Shown here piece by piece: positions 47,613-58,035 of a DNA stretch of 64,000 nucleotides. Made by a program: the position numbers and the translations under genes. Source of the stretch: Candidatus Hydrogenedentota bacterium (GTDB lineage: Bacteria > Hydrogenedentota > Hydrogenedentia > Hydrogenedentales > SLHB01). Position 1 is the first letter of the stretch. Each line of letters starts with the position of its first letter. The notes beneath the pieces are model-generated. The model made no database searches. It saw nothing but the letters and a program-made list of their open reading frames with translations, and was not told the origin of the DNA. The DNA is taken from assembly GCA_045863335.1 (NCBI GenBank), contig BTVY01000003.1, positions 1 to 64,000 on the forward strand, given 5' to 3'.

Positions 47613-50123
47613 TCAATCGGTGTCGTCTGTGAGCTTCCACAAGAATTTGCGGGGCTCGCCGTGTCCGCTCATGGGCACGGTGAAGGTGATGTCGTAGGTA
47701 TTGGTTTCCGGCCGGTACTCCGTTTGCCACCAATCGTTCCCGGCGTGTGATGACTGATCCATAGGTAGACTCTCGCCATCTCTCTGTTCGACCAACGCAA
47801 ACGGTCCACGCGATGCGGCGCCAACAATTGTAATGGGGACCATGCCGGTTCCATTGAACACCGTGAACTCGGCGGTTCGCCCGCCTTTCGCGGCCTGTAC
47901 GACGACGGGGAGCTGCTGGAGAACCTTGCCTTGCTGCGCGCATACCTTAACATTGTTTAGCGTAGTCTCCCGGTGGACGATATGCCAACTATCCGGAGCG
48001 CGTTCGAGGAACTCTCGTAGCGGCTCGTTGGGGCCGTAGTAGTCGTCCGCGCGTTGGGGGAGGATCAACATTTCGACTTTTGCTTGGACCTGGTCGCCTG
48101 CCTGCAGGACTGATATGCCAGGCGGAGGCGAAAGCTCAACGATGGCGCTGGACACGTTCCCGTCCTCTGTCCCAAACACCGAGAAGTGGGGGGTGTCGAT
48201 CTGTTGGCCGCCGAGTACCGCCTTCCAGTCGCGTACAATCAATCCCCGGTTGGCCCAGGCGCCTTGATCGTCCTCCTTGACGTAAGGCGGCGGATTCTTC
48301 GTGGCCCCGGTCAAGGCGATCCAGGGGTGCTCGCCCTCAAGCGGCACGCCGCGCCTGCTGTAGTTCCACCCGCCGGTCTCGGGTTCCCACGCGTTCTCTT
48401 CACCATCGATATTGCCGATGGTGATTCTGGAAAACAGATTGTGATTGTAGTGGTCCGCGCCCAACTGGAAGAAGGCGAGCCGCTCGATGTTCTCTACCGG
48501 CGCGACTACCTCGTAGCGAATGGTGTATAAGGCGCGAACGTAGTCGTCGCTGCGCCAACTCTGCGTGCGGATGACCGACTGAATCGCGCCGTCCGGCGTC
48601 TGGCCCGCATACGTTACATCCGTCAGCACCGGGCCGTACCGCTCGTACAAGGTCTTCTGGCGCGACAGAAACTGACGCTGTCCGTCTTTGAACAGCACGA
48701 GGAAATCGCCGCCCCCGACGTTGTGCGTCCAACTCCATTGCTTCTTCGGGATTGGTCCCATGCCCCAGACCATCAGGGGACGCATGTCGTCAATCATTCC
48801 ACGGTTCAGATTCACGTCTGGGTCATAGCAGATACTTTCGCCGAAGGAGCCGATGGCCATTTGGTCCCATAGCTGGTTGGTGCCCCAGCCTTCCAGGGAA
48901 AGTTGCGCGTGGGAGATGGCGAGCGCGTTACCCCAGTTTGCGTAGGCAAGATCGAATTCCAGCGTTTGCCCGGCGCCGGGTTCCAGATCGAGCATCGTGA
49001 TGCCCGTAAACCACGGCGGGCGCACGTGCCAGTTCTTGGAGATCTGCGCGGGGAGACCCAGCGGCAACCCGTGCTCGTCACGCAGCACCGGACACATGCC
49101 AGTGATGCCGAAGGAGCCGCCCTCCTTGGCAAAGCAAAGACGCATGGTGCGCGTTAAATCGCCTTGGTTAGTCAAGGCGAGCCGCACGCGTTCCATCGTG
49201 TTGATGTCTGGGTTCTCGCCGAGCACGACGCGGTGCCAGCCAATGACGGGATCGTATTCGACAACTAAGGGACCGGAGTAAGGCGCAACGCCTGTGGCTT
49301 CGAGTCCTGGCGCTTCCATATAGGCGCGCGTCTGTTGCGCCTCGCGTAATCCTGCGGCCAGAACATCGTCCGCTTCCGGCAACAGCGCGATCGCAACCAT
49401 AGAAGAGCTGGTTGCGCGAACCTGTACCCAACCATCGACGCGCTCCAATGTTTGCGTCGCCGGCAACGGATTGATGAACGCGAGCCCCTCGCCATTTGCG
49501 CCTTCGGAAATGAGGAGATCGCGATGCTCGCCTTCCTTCGTGTCCGTATAGCCTGTCGGGAAGCGAAACCGAATCGACAGGTCATGACCTGGGCTCTCTT
49601 CCGCGCCTGCAACGCGCAACGCCACGGAGACGCGATCCGGCCAGGCGAAGATCTCCAGCCGGGCTTCTACGCCGTCCGGTGTGGACCCGTCTGCAGCGCG
49701 TAGCTCCAGGCGGCGAATCTCCACATGCTGCAGAAAACGTCCAAGCCGCTGGATGACGACGGCGTCGGGTGTGGGAGCGCCGCGCGCGACGGTGTACGTC
49801 ACACCGTCGATTATCATCGCCGACACCATGTCAAATTTCGGCAACGCCGTAAGCAGTTTGTTTCCCTGGCGGACGGCCTCGCTTGCGGGGAGTACGTCGT
49901 GGATCGGTCCCAATCGGTCGATCGTACCTTTGGTGGTATCGAGTGCCAGCGCGTATCGATTGGTTTGAATGGCGAAGACGCGGTCGCCCGTTGCATCGGT
50001 GCCCCGCCAACCGAAGGGGTAATAGCCGAAGGTGTAATCCCCCGCGTGTGCCAGCAGGGTCGGGTTGGCATGCACCGAGGCGATGCCGAGCAGTAGGACG
50101 GCAAGGTAGTGGAAAGACTTCAC
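47613..50123 (-). CDS. Large secreted hypothetical protein
   Basis: 836 aa, signal peptide, Trp/Gly-rich beta character; no family recognised. Confidence 0.75.
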   Translation of the reverse strand: MKSFHYLAVLLLGIASVHANPTLLAHAGDYTFGYYPFGWRGTDATGDRVFAIQTNRYALALDTTKGTIDRLGPIHDVLPASEAVRQGNKLLTALPKFDMVSAMIIDGVTYTVARGAPTPDAVVIQRLGRFLQHVEIRRLELRAADGSTPDGVEARLEIFAWPDRVSVALRVAGAEESPGHDLSIRFRFPTGYTDTKEGEHRDLLISEGANGEGLAFINPLPATQTLERVDGWVQVRATSSSMVAIALLPEADDVLAAGLREAQQTRAYMEAPGLEATGVAPYSGPLVVEYDPVIGWHRVVLGENPDINTMERVRLALTNQGDLTRTMRLCFAKEGGSFGITGMCPVLRDEHGLPLGLPAQISKNWHVRPPWFTGITMLDLEPGAGQTLEFDLAYANWGNALAISHAQLSLEGWGTNQLWDQMAIGSFGESICYDPDVNLNRGMIDDMRPLMVWGMGPIPKKQWSWTHNVGGGDFLVLFKDGQRQFLSRQKTLYERYGPVLTDVTYAGQTPDGAIQSVIRTQSWRSDDYVRALYTIRYEVVAPVENIERLAFFQLGADHYNHNLFSRITIGNIDGEENAWEPETGGWNYSRRGVPLEGEHPWIALTGATKNPPPYVKEDDQGAWANRGLIVRDWKAVLGGQQIDTPHFSVFGTEDGNVSSAIVELSPPPGISVLQAGDQVQAKVEMLILPQRADDYYGPNEPLREFLERAPDSWHIVHRETTLNNVKVCAQQGKVLQQLPVVVQAAKGGRTAEFTVFNGTGMVPITIVGAASRGPFALVEQRDGESLPMDQSSHAGNDWWQTEYRPETNTYDITFTVPMSGHGEPRKFLWKLTDDTD

Positions 50124-50381
50124 GGGTTAGAATCCTCTATCGGGCATCCATCCCGCCCATGCGTGCGTATTATGATGCGCTTGCGCATTTCACCCCGGTA
50201 TTCTGGGCGCCGCTGACGCTTCGGCCTAGCACGGGCAAGGGGGACTGGGAACCGATTCTATACAGCCCACACCGCCAAGGCAATGCGCGCCGGTGCGACC
50301 GCGTCGCTTTGCGGCGACTTCGCGGTGCCGTATACTGCAGTTGTGCCGTTACCCGTTGCAAGAACATTGGGGGAAACTCCT

Positions 50382-52793
50382 GTGAAACATCACTGCACGT
50401 TTTCTGTGACCGCCCTTTGCATGGTGATTGCCTCCGTTCCGGTAATGCCCGAAGAGTGGAGGATCGTGTTTGACGGCGAGCACGCCGGGGATACGGCAAT
50501 CATGCTGGCCGTGAATGATTTGATACAGGACGGTGAACCGCTGGGTATCACGTTTTTGGTACATGGGCCGGACGATCCATCTACCGGCAATCGAATCGTA
50601 GTCGGGAGGGAGGAGGCCGAGAGGGCTGGCATCGGTATTGAATCGATGACCGATCCGCAGGGCTTCCAGATTCGCACGGAAACGATCGACGGTAATCGCA
50701 CCATTGCGATTGCGGGCGGCTCCATTGCTGGCGATGTTTATGGATTGTATTGGCTATGGGATCGGTTGCGGGTCTTCAAGGAGATTCCCGATCTGGACGT
50801 CGAGCGCGTTCCCGCGCTGGAGATTCGTTCCGGCGGCGGGCCGTCCAAACAGGACATGCGGAATGCCTTGCGCTATACCGTCAACTGGACCACCAGCGCC
50901 GATACCAACGCGCTTGTCCCCTATGACCTTGAACCGCTCGCAACCGAGAACGCGCAGACCCGCGCGGCGACGCAGGAACTCATCGAATACGCGCACGCAT
51001 TGCACATGAAGTTCTTCACGGTAGCCGACGAGTTTTCGTACTTGCCAACGGTTATGGCGGATATGGGCGCGTCACCCGACCCTTCGAATGATGCGCTCTG
51101 GACCATGTTACAGGACAAGTACCGCCGGCTTCTTGAATCCATGCCCGGTATTGATGGCATTCGAATTCGCACGGGAGAGCACACGCGTGTGGTGGAACCC
51201 TGGAAGCCGTACGACGTCATGCACGAACCGGAGGTGGAGGGCTGGCCGCTCGAACGCCGGTACCAGACTTTCCTGCAAAAACTCCACGAAGTGGTGGTGG
51301 GGGAGTTCGACAAGATCTACTACCACCGCACCTGGGTGACCGGCGCGACGGAACAGCACTCGAATGCGGACGTGTACCGCGCCATCTTCACGGACGCGGT
51401 GCCGGCCGAAAACCTGTACTTGTCGCCTTATCTGACCCGCGGCGATCGGTGGTTCTATCAGCCCATCAATCCGACTTTCAATCTGACCCCACACAAGATG
51501 CTGGTCCTTCTCGCGGCCATGAACTATCACGAGGATGGATCCGTGACCATCTTTCCGACCAATCCGGGGCTGTACTTCCATGAAGGATTCGAGAAGCTCT
51601 GGCGCGGTCACGAGAGCAACATCGTCGGATCCCAATTCGGTTCGGCGGCAGGCGACGGCTGGGATTCCAACGACCTGACCGTGTACACCGCGTTCCGCAT
51701 GTCGTGGGACCCCCTTGAAGATCCCCGCAGTATCGCCGAGGATTTTGCGTCCATCCACTTTGGACGCGACGTTGCCGAGACGATGGGGGAGGTGATCATG
51801 CTCTCCGGCGAGGCGTATAAGAACGGCCTCTACATCAAACCCGTCGCCGAGGCCGCCGAATGGAACACCTTGCCGCATCTCCGCCTCACCACCTTCCCTG
51901 TGCGTGGATTCCCGGACATCGACCGCGGGAAGGAACATGTCCAGTGGCTGTACGACACCATGTATCTTCCTTGCAAGGATCGGATTGCTGAAACCTTGGA
52001 GTACCTCGATGGAGGACTCGCGAGCGCGGAACGCATGCTCACGTTGGGCCAGGAAGCGCGTGCGGACTTTGACGATACCGAGGTAGCACAACGAGTGATA
52101 GAATCGCTCGATCTCACCCGGCTGCTGATTCAAACCAACAATCGCTACGTCCGAACCTGCTTCGCCTATTTCGAGTACCAGGAAGCGCGCAGCGACGCCG
52201 CTCGGGACCGTCTCGCATCGGAGTACGACGATCTGCAGTCGGTGGTCGAGACATTTCGTGCCGCGCCCGGCTTCGAGTACAAGCTCTACGGCATCGAACA
52301 ACTGCTTAAGAATGTGCGAGCGGCATTGGACGACCTTGAGGGAGCGGAGCTAACCCTGGAAAAGGCGCCCGACGCGGAAGGAGTGGCTAATGCCATCGCC
52401 GAGCAGCAGGCCGACAATCGCCGTCTGATCGAAACCTACTTGAACGACGCCGTGAAGATTCTCTATTGGAATGGCCGCGTGGACGGAAAGGACATCCTGA
52501 GCATCCGCGGAGACTCCGTATCGATTGAGCACGTCGCCGCCGATCCGATTCACGTAATTGAATCGCGGATCGAGTCGCCACTTCCTGCCAGGCCGGGAAC
52601 GATCTTTATCCGTGACATCCGTTCCGGAGAGATTCATCCCTTTGTGCTGGAGCACCCGAGCGCGGAGAACGACTTTACGGCGAAGATCTACATGTTCGAC
52701 CCCGGACCCGGATACACGCCGTGGGAGATGGAGGTCTACGTTATCGAGAATTCGCCCGAAACACTCGACGCGGCCCTGCCTTGGCAGCGATGA
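50382..52793 (+). CDS. Secreted glycoside-hydrolase-like protein (GH20/GH67-type N-terminal domain)
   Basis: Signal peptide; GFQI...IAGGSIAGDVYGLYWL; GIRIRTGE; YYHRTW. Confidence 0.6.
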   Translation: MKHHCTFSVTALCMVIASVPVMPEEWRIVFDGEHAGDTAIMLAVNDLIQDGEPLGITFLVHGPDDPSTGNRIVVGREEAERAGIGIESMTDPQGFQIRTETIDGNRTIAIAGGSIAGDVYGLYWLWDRLRVFKEIPDLDVERVPALEIRSGGGPSKQDMRNALRYTVNWTTSADTNALVPYDLEPLATENAQTRAATQELIEYAHALHMKFFTVADEFSYLPTVMADMGASPDPSNDALWTMLQDKYRRLLESMPGIDGIRIRTGEHTRVVEPWKPYDVMHEPEVEGWPLERRYQTFLQKLHEVVVGEFDKIYYHRTWVTGATEQHSNADVYRAIFTDAVPAENLYLSPYLTRGDRWFYQPINPTFNLTPHKMLVLLAAMNYHEDGSVTIFPTNPGLYFHEGFEKLWRGHESNIVGSQFGSAAGDGWDSNDLTVYTAFRMSWDPLEDPRSIAEDFASIHFGRDVAETMGEVIMLSGEAYKNGLYIKPVAEAAEWNTLPHLRLTTFPVRGFPDIDRGKEHVQWLYDTMYLPCKDRIAETLEYLDGGLASAERMLTLGQEARADFDDTEVAQRVIESLDLTRLLIQTNNRYVRTCFAYFEYQEARSDAARDRLASEYDDLQSVVETFRAAPGFEYKLYGIEQLLKNVRAALDDLEGAELTLEKAPDAEGVANAIAEQQADNRRLIETYLNDAVKILYWNGRVDGKDILSIRGDSVSIEHVAADPIHVIESRIESPLPARPGTIFIRDIRSGEIHPFVLEHPSAENDFTAKIYMFDPGPGYTPWEMEVYVIENSPETLDAALPWQR

Positions 52794-52821
52794 GGCGTAG
52801 CGAAATCATTCGTTTGAGCGG

Positions 52822-54156
52822 TTACATCTCCAGGGGCTTGTCCTTGGTCTCCGGAGCGAACGGCAGCACGAACAGACCCAGAATGAAGATCACGGACACG
52901 ATGGTCGCGGCCCATTGAATCCCGTACGCCCCGCGCAACGACCCGAACAATGAAGGCCCAGCGATGGCCAGGTAACGGGCGACGTTATAGCAGAACCCAG
53001 TTCCCGTGGCGCGGACTCGCGTGGGAAAGAGTTCAGGGAAGTATACGGCGTAGCCCCCGAAGAGGGACGTCGTAAAGAACCCCATGATCGGGAACATGAC
53101 CAATGCCATGGCAAACGAATCGGTCAGGTGGAACGTAGCCGGCACCGCAATGGCGCAGGAAATGAAGGTCAACGCAAAGGTCTTCTTGCGCCCGATTCGA
53201 ATGGCGAGCCAAGTCCACGTGAGAATGCCAAAGAACGCGCCTACGTTCTGTGCCATCACGCTCAAGCTGGCGCGTTGATCGACCATGGCCTTGAGTTCGG
53301 GCAAGTCGTTGGGATTGATCGCGCCGCGCAGCAGATCCGGCGAGAAGGTCCCGATCCCCCAGAATCCGATCACGCCGACCGCGGCCAGCCCCACGCCGAC
53401 GAGGGTATTGCGCCGGAGCACCGGCTCGGTAAACAGATTGGTAATCGAACCCAGCTTGATGTCCCCCGCCTTGGCTTTCGCTCGCGCCGTGTGCCAGTGC
53501 TCGGGTTCCCGGACGAAGAGTCGAATTGCGAAGACTAGCATGGCGGGTATGAAACCGATGAAGAAAATGATCCGCCAACTCGTCATCGTGATGCCCATGG
53601 CCTCGAAACCCTCGGTGGGCACGGTGCGGAATACGACGAAACTGATGCCGCCGGCGAGCACGTTTCCAAAGGCCGAAGCGGCCTGCATAATGCCGAGCGC
53701 CGTTGGCCGCGCATGATCCGGCAGGGACTCTGCGATCAAGGCGGCGCCCGCGGCAAACTCGCCGCCAATGCCTAGCCCGGTTAGAAAACGGAATACGGCG
53801 AAGGCTTCCCATGATTGCGCCAGGCCGCTGAGTCCCGTGAACAGCGCGTACATGAGGACCGTGATGGCCATGGTTAGCGTTCGGCCCAGCCGGTCGCCGA
53901 CCATGCCAAAGAGGAATCCGCCGGTGGCCCACCCCGCGATGAAGATGGCCTGGACGGTCCCCGATTTCGCGGCCACATCCGCGGCCGTGGCCCCCGAGCC
54001 CAGCAACTCCTGCAAGGCAGGCTGCCGCGCCAGCACATACAGCCACTGGTCCATGGTGTCGAACAACCACCCCAGCGACGCCACGGTCAAGACCAGGTAG
54101 TGATACCCCGTTAGCCCGGAGTACCACGGAATCTTCGCAGAACTTTCCTGAGCCAT
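52822..54156 (-). CDS. MFS transporter
   Basis: GDRLGR, GIGGEF, ELFPTRVRATG. Confidence 0.92.
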   Translation of the reverse strand: MAQESSAKIPWYSGLTGYHYLVLTVASLGWLFDTMDQWLYVLARQPALQELLGSGATAADVAAKSGTVQAIFIAGWATGGFLFGMVGDRLGRTLTMAITVLMYALFTGLSGLAQSWEAFAVFRFLTGLGIGGEFAAGAALIAESLPDHARPTALGIMQAASAFGNVLAGGISFVVFRTVPTEGFEAMGITMTSWRIIFFIGFIPAMLVFAIRLFVREPEHWHTARAKAKAGDIKLGSITNLFTEPVLRRNTLVGVGLAAVGVIGFWGIGTFSPDLLRGAINPNDLPELKAMVDQRASLSVMAQNVGAFFGILTWTWLAIRIGRKKTFALTFISCAIAVPATFHLTDSFAMALVMFPIMGFFTTSLFGGYAVYFPELFPTRVRATGTGFCYNVARYLAIAGPSLFGSLRGAYGIQWAATIVSVIFILGLFVLPFAPETKDKPLEM

Positions 54157-54434
54157 GAATTCCCCTCCCCACAGCCGCTCCAAGCATTCGTCTGTCCGTT
54201 ATGGACAACGCCCCGTTTGCCCGGTGGGACACGTAGTGCCCGCGTAGTGTATAGAGAGAGCCTTGGCCGTGACAAGAGGAAACTGCGTGGCCGCGCGGGG
54301 AATTGAAGGTTCTCAGGGCTAGTGAACTGAATGACTTACGGGGGGCGGACGGGAGCGGCGAGTACGGGCACGGGCCACTTGTAAGGCGCTCACTTCTTGC
54401 ACAAAATATTGGGTGTAGAGCCCCAAACGGCCCC

Positions 54435-54463
54435 TTCACTTGTATCAAAGCTTGTGCTATAAT
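54435..54463 (+). promoter_or_regulatory. Sigma70 promoter (extended -10) for the murC operon
   Basis: TTCACT, 17 nt, TGcTATAAT. Confidence 0.65.
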
Positions 54464-54498
54464 GCGGAACACCACAAGATATTGGGGAGAAGCAGGCG

Positions 54499-55923
54499 TT
54501 GAACGGCCGGAAACGAAAAGTCCACTTCGTCGGGGTCGGCGGGATCGGTATGAGCGGTCTCGCCGAAATCCTCCTGAATTTGGACTATACCGTCTCCGGG
54601 TCGGACCTGCGGGCCAGCGAGATTACCCAACGGCTTGAGCAGTATGGGCTTCGGTTCCACGAAGGCCACGATCCCTCGCACATCGGCGACGCGGGAATCC
54701 TGGTGGTTTCGGCCGCCGTGGATGGCACCAATCCCGAGCTTGTCGCGGCACGCGATCGCGGAATCCCCGTGATCCATCGTAGCGAACTCCTGGCGGATCT
54801 CATGCGGCTGAAGCCAAACGCCGTGGCGGTCGGCGGAACGCACGGCAAGACAACCACCACATCGATGATCAGCGCGATCATGGATCGCGCCAACTTCGGC
54901 GCAACCAGCATCATTGGCGGCATCCTCCATCGAAGCGGCACGAACGCGCGATGGGGGACCGGCGATTATCTCGTCGCGGAAGCCGACGAACACGATGGTT
55001 CCTTCCTGCGCCTCCATCCGACGATCGGCGTCGTCACGAATATCGATGCGGAACATCTCGAGTATTACGGGACCCTCGACAACATCAAGCGTGCGTTCAC
55101 CGAGTTCTGCAACGCCGTGCCCTTCTACGGCTACTCCATCGTTTGCTTCGATGATCCCAATTGCCGAAGCATCATGAAAGATATCGAGAGTGTCTGCATG
55201 ACCTATGGCACGCAGGAGGGCGCGTTGCTCCACGGTTCCAACGTGCGCCTCTGCAAAGTCGAGGATCGTTCGACGCCCATCTCCCGCCTGTGCACACAGG
55301 TGGACGTGACCAGCCACGACGAACGCCTCGGGCGTGTGGGGAAGCTGGGCACGCTGACCTTTAACGCCATCGGCGCGCACAATGTGAACAATGCCTTGGC
55401 GGCATGCGCCGTCGGCTTGTGTCTCGGCATGAACTTCGGGCACATCGCGGACGGACTTCAACTCTACGACGGCGTGCAGCGGCGCTTGCAGGTACGAGGC
55501 GAACACAACGGCGTTACCATCATCGAAGACTACGCCCATCATCCCACCGAGATTGCGAGCACGCTGGAAGCGATTCGCTGGATCAATCCGTCGCGCGTCA
55601 TCGCCGTGTTCCAGCCGCACCTGTTCAGCCGCACGAAGTTTTTCTATGACGACTTTGCGCGCGTGCTGTCGACCTGCGACCGCAGTATCGTCACGGACAT
55701 CTATCCGTCGCGAGAAGAGCCTATGGCCGGTGTTGATTCGAGCTTGATCGTGAACGCCGCGCGCGACAAAGGCGGCTCCCCGGTCGAGTTGATTTCCGAT
55801 ATGCACGCCGTCGGCAAAACCCTCGCGCCCGATTTGCGCGAAGGCGACGTGGTGTTGATCCTGGGGGCCGGCAACATCAACCGGATCTGCCCGGAGATAC
55901 TCGAGGAGCTGCGCAAGCGCTGA
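54499..55923 (+). CDS. murC: UDP-N-acetylmuramate--L-alanine ligase
   Basis: GVGGIGMSG, GTHGKTTT, EADEHDGSF, DYAHHPTEI, FQPH. Confidence 0.97.
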   Translation: MNGRKRKVHFVGVGGIGMSGLAEILLNLDYTVSGSDLRASEITQRLEQYGLRFHEGHDPSHIGDAGILVVSAAVDGTNPELVAARDRGIPVIHRSELLADLMRLKPNAVAVGGTHGKTTTTSMISAIMDRANFGATSIIGGILHRSGTNARWGTGDYLVAEADEHDGSFLRLHPTIGVVTNIDAEHLEYYGTLDNIKRAFTEFCNAVPFYGYSIVCFDDPNCRSIMKDIESVCMTYGTQEGALLHGSNVRLCKVEDRSTPISRLCTQVDVTSHDERLGRVGKLGTLTFNAIGAHNVNNALAACAVGLCLGMNFGHIADGLQLYDGVQRRLQVRGEHNGVTIIEDYAHHPTEIASTLEAIRWINPSRVIAVFQPHLFSRTKFFYDDFARVLSTCDRSIVTDIYPSREEPMAGVDSSLIVNAARDKGGSPVELISDMHAVGKTLAPDLREGDVVLILGAGNINRICPEILEELRKR

Positions 55924-56714
55924 TGGCACGGAACACGCAAAAAAAACGCAGTTCCCGCCGCGGAGCGGCGAAGCGGTCGATCCGCCGCAACGCGGATTCG
56001 ATCCTGTCTACGCTATTCGCCTTGGCCGTGGCCTGCGCAGCCGCGTACGCTTTCTATACCTACGTCAACGAATCGACCTATTTCCGAATCAAGATGATCA
56101 AGGTGACCGGCACAAATCTGGTCGATGCGAACGACGTTGTCGCCGCTTCGGGCCTCACGAACGAAGACATCATCCTCCTGCTGCCCACGGCAGAAGTCCG
56201 CTCGAAAGTGACCGCCATGCCCTACATCGAGCGCTGTCGCGTGACACGCGTGTTTCCGGACATGGTGGCCATTGCGGTGGAAGAGCGCGTGCCGGTTGCG
56301 ACGCTCGCGTTGCGCAACCAGTACTTTGAGATCGACGCGGACCTGAATGTGCTGAAGAAGATCGACGAACACGCGCGCCATACGGGACCGCTCATCACGC
56401 AGGTGCCCGGCCTGGGAAACATCGAGCCCGGCGCGAAACTCGAGCAACCTTCGTTGCGCGAAGCGGTCGACGTGTGGCTCGCCTTTCGCGACACCCACGT
56501 CGCCGAAACGGTGACCGTATCCGAGATTGCCGCGCCGTCTACGAGCGACGTGCGCATGTACTGCAACGAACTGGACTACGAAATCCGCTGGGGCCGGGGG
56601 CGGGCCATTCAACAAGCTGCCAACCTGGACACGGTCTGGGAATACAAGGGCGGAAACCTGGAGTGTACGGAATACGTCGATCTGCGGTTCGACCGCGACG
56701 TGGCATGTCTATAG
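55923..56714 (+). CDS. ftsQ: Cell division protein FtsQ/DivIB
   Basis: Basic N-terminus, TM, POTRA (V.RVFPD...VEERVP), YVDLRF. Confidence 0.9.
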   Translation: MARNTQKKRSSRRGAAKRSIRRNADSILSTLFALAVACAAAYAFYTYVNESTYFRIKMIKVTGTNLVDANDVVAASGLTNEDIILLLPTAEVRSKVTAMPYIERCRVTRVFPDMVAIAVEERVPVATLALRNQYFEIDADLNVLKKIDEHARHTGPLITQVPGLGNIEPGAKLEQPSLREAVDVWLAFRDTHVAETVTVSEIAAPSTSDVRMYCNELDYEIRWGRGRAIQQAANLDTVWEYKGGNLECTEYVDLRFDRDVACL

Positions 56715-56781
56715 AGAAACGAGCGAGCACGGAAGCGAGCCGGGAGATGTGGGCCGGCCAACACAGTTGGGAGATGGACCA

Positions 56782-58035
56782 ATGACTATGGGGATTTCGG
56801 ACGAATTCTCCTCCTTCGATCAGCAGGCGGTTATCAAGGTGTGCGGCATCGGCGGCGGCGGCGGAAATGCGGTGGGCCGCATGATCGAAGCCGGCATGAA
56901 AGACGTCGACTTCATCACGATCAACACGGACGCGCAGGCGTTGAAACATTCTCCCGCGGGCACGCGCCTGCAGATCGGCAAGGTCGGTCTCGGCGCGGGC
57001 GCGAAACCGGAGATGGGGGAGTTGGCGGCCAAGGAAGATCGCGAACGCATCACGGAAGTCCTCATGGGCGCCGATATGATCTTCCTCACTGCCGGTCTCG
57101 GCGGCGGCACGGGCACCGGCGCGACACCGGTCGTTGCGGAATACGCCAAGGAAACCGGCGCGCTCACCGTGGCCATCGTTACGCTGCCCTTCCAGTTCGA
57201 AGGCGGTGGCCGCATGGACAACGCCATGCGCGGCCTGGAAGCGCTGGAAAAGCACGTTGATGCGCTCATCGTCGTGCCCAACGACCGGCTGGCCTTGCTC
57301 TGCCACGAAAACGTTTCGTTCCTAAACGCCTTCCGGCTCGCCGATGAAGTTTTGCACAACGGCGTGCGCGCCATCTCCGAGTTGATTACCCTGCCGGGCC
57401 TGATTAATCTGGACTTCGCGGACGTGCGCACCATCATGAAGGAAAGCGGCCGCGCCCTCATGGGCATCGGCACCGCGGAAGACGAAAAGCGCGCGATCCG
57501 GGCTGCGGAAGAGGCGATCATTTGTCCCCTGCTCGAGAAATCGAGCATTGACGGCGCCATCGGCGTGATCGTCAATGTGAAAGGCGGCAGCGATATGAGC
57601 ATGCGCGAGGTCCTCGACGCCGTGACGACGGTCCAGAAAGCTGCCCATCCCCGCGCCAACATTATCTTCGGCGCTGTAGTCGACGACGATCCACGACCGG
57701 AAATCCAGGTCACGGTCATCGCCGCAGGATTCCCCTATGAAGCGATGATGCCGCGGAAACGCGATCAAGACATGGTTTCCCTGACGCTGGAAGTGGAGGA
57801 AGAGTTCCCCGCGCCGGCCGCAGAGGAGCCTGAAGTCGCGGCGCAAAAGGAGGACGCCTGGGTGGCGGCGCGCGTCGAACCGCAGGAGCAGTATTTGTTC
57901 TCCGACGATGACTTCGCCAACACCGAACCTGAAGCGCCGGAGTATTCTGAAACGATTACCCCCTTCGCGCCGCGCGAGCCGGAAGAGGATCTTAGCATTC
58001 CCGCGTTCATGCGCAAGAGGATGAAACGTACGTGA
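56782..58035 (+). CDS. ftsZ: Cell division protein FtsZ
   Basis: GGGGGNAV, NTDAQ, GGGTGTG, INLDFADV, C-terminal DLSIPAFMRK. Confidence 0.98.
   Translation: MTMGISDEFSSFDQQAVIKVCGIGGGGGNAVGRMIEAGMKDVDFITINTDAQALKHSPAGTRLQIGKVGLGAGAKPEMGELAAKEDRERITEVLMGADMIFLTAGLGGGTGTGATPVVAEYAKETGALTVAIVTLPFQFEGGGRMDNAMRGLEALEKHVDALIVVPNDRLALLCHENVSFLNAFRLADEVLHNGVRAISELITLPGLINLDFADVRTIMKESGRALMGIGTAEDEKRAIRAAEEAIICPLLEKSSIDGAIGVIVNVKGGSDMSMREVLDAVTTVQKAAHPRANIIFGAVVDDDPRPEIQVTVIAAGFPYEAMMPRKRDQDMVSLTLEVEEEFPAPAAEEPEVAAQKEDAWVAARVEPQEQYLFSDDDFANTEPEAPEYSETITPFAPREPEEDLSIPAFMRKRMKRT

Noticed and set aside
55939-55946. A8 run in ftsQ as a slippage site
   Set aside because: In-frame Gln-Lys-Lys codons in a basic N-terminus; ORF intact
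56527-56781. FtsZ N-terminal extension or ftsA remnant
   Set aside because: Overlaps ftsQ out of frame; no actin-like motifs
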